Assembly (NCBI GenBank): GCA_038207395.1
Contig: JBBQZW010000003.1
Coordinates: 115,760-179,759 of the forward strand
Length of the DNA: 64,000 nt
Source of the DNA: Minisyncoccia bacterium
GTDB lineage: Bacteria > Patescibacteriota > Minisyncoccia > Phycocordibacterales > Phycocordibacteraceae
Reading direction: 5' to 3'
Under the pieces are notes generated by a model. That model did no database searches. It was not told the DNA's origin and was given only the letters and a program-made list of their open reading frames with translations. Made by a program: the position numbers and the translations under genes. Shown in pieces: positions 63,633 to 64,000 of the stretch; the first letter of the stretch is position 1; each line of letters begins with the position of its first letter.

Positions 63633-64000
63633 ATGAAATCAATCCTCGGCCGCAACCTCATTATCTCGCTCGTTATTACCATAGCGCTTATTGGTACCGT
63701 GCTCTATGCCATTAATTTTCTTAATCAAAAGCGCGTAGAACAGCTTTCACAGCTCCAGGATCAGCTTGCGACAGATACTCTTTCGATCGAGACCCAGTTT
63801 GCGCTTCTTGAGGAAGCACCCTGTGAGGACTTCACTGCAGGCAATACGCTTTCTCAGGAAGTATCAAATCTTGGAGATCGTCTTTCACTCACCGAGAACC
63901 AGCTAGGCAGTACGAACGAACAAGTAATTCAGCTCAAGCGCCAGTACTCTCTTCTTCAGATTCGTGACTACCTTTTGACCAAACGTCTTTCAGCTACCTG
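63633..64000 (+). CDS. membrane-anchored coiled-coil protein, 5' partial (continues beyond the window)
   Basis: ATG at 63633, N-terminal TM helix then heptad-like Gln/Leu-rich sequence; open to the window end, absent from the ORF track because there is no stop. Confidence 0.4.
   Translation, partial: MKSILGRNLIISLVITIALIGTVLYAINFLNQKRVEQLSQLQDQLATDTLSIETQFALLEEAPCEDFTAGNTLSQEVSNLGDRLSLTENQLGSTNEQVIQLKRQYSLLQIRDYLLTKRLSAT

Overview
This 64 kb window reads as a contiguous chromosomal segment of a small-genome bacterium, probably Candidate Phyla Radiation/Patescibacteria-like. The inference rests on several core proteins being unusually short (RpoB 1059 aa, DnaE 1063 aa, PheS 249 aa, PheT 653 aa, SMC 753 aa, ThrRS lacking its N-terminal TGS domain), on many proteins carrying low-complexity basic or acidic tails, and on recurrent TATACT -10 elements. 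All protein calls below are from motif recognition by eye, with no tools run.

Gene content is dominated by information-processing genes. These are rpoB-rpoC, the dnaG-rpoD operon, dnaE, gyrB, hisS, thrS, pheS-pheT, rpsP, rpmF, trmD, rnc-smc, rnr, rnhB, a nusB fusion and prmC. Between them sit many short hypothetical and membrane proteins, each with its own promoter-like and terminator signals.

Features worth attention:
- A ParD/RelE-like toxin-antitoxin pair lies inside the rpsP-khpA-trmD ribosomal cluster.
- A sortase-associated surface-protein locus contains a 700-aa protein with tandem Pro/Cys-rich repeats, an 18-Gly tract and an internal sorting-signal-like motif.
- A UvrD-type helicase is fused to a Cas4/RecB-type nuclease.
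- Several conserved enzymes have degenerate catalytic or metal-binding motifs. These are the DnaG zinc finger, the DsbA CxxC site and the Nudix box fused to NusB.
- Two ORF-poor, GC-rich intergenic regions (29.7-30.0 kb on the minus strand, 44.65-44.94 kb on the plus strand) have flanking promoter and terminator signals and look like structured ncRNA genes that I cannot classify by eye.

No rRNA, convincing tRNA, CRISPR array or obvious mobile element was found. Most six-frame ORFs antisense to rpoB, rpoC, dnaE and other large genes are judged spurious.
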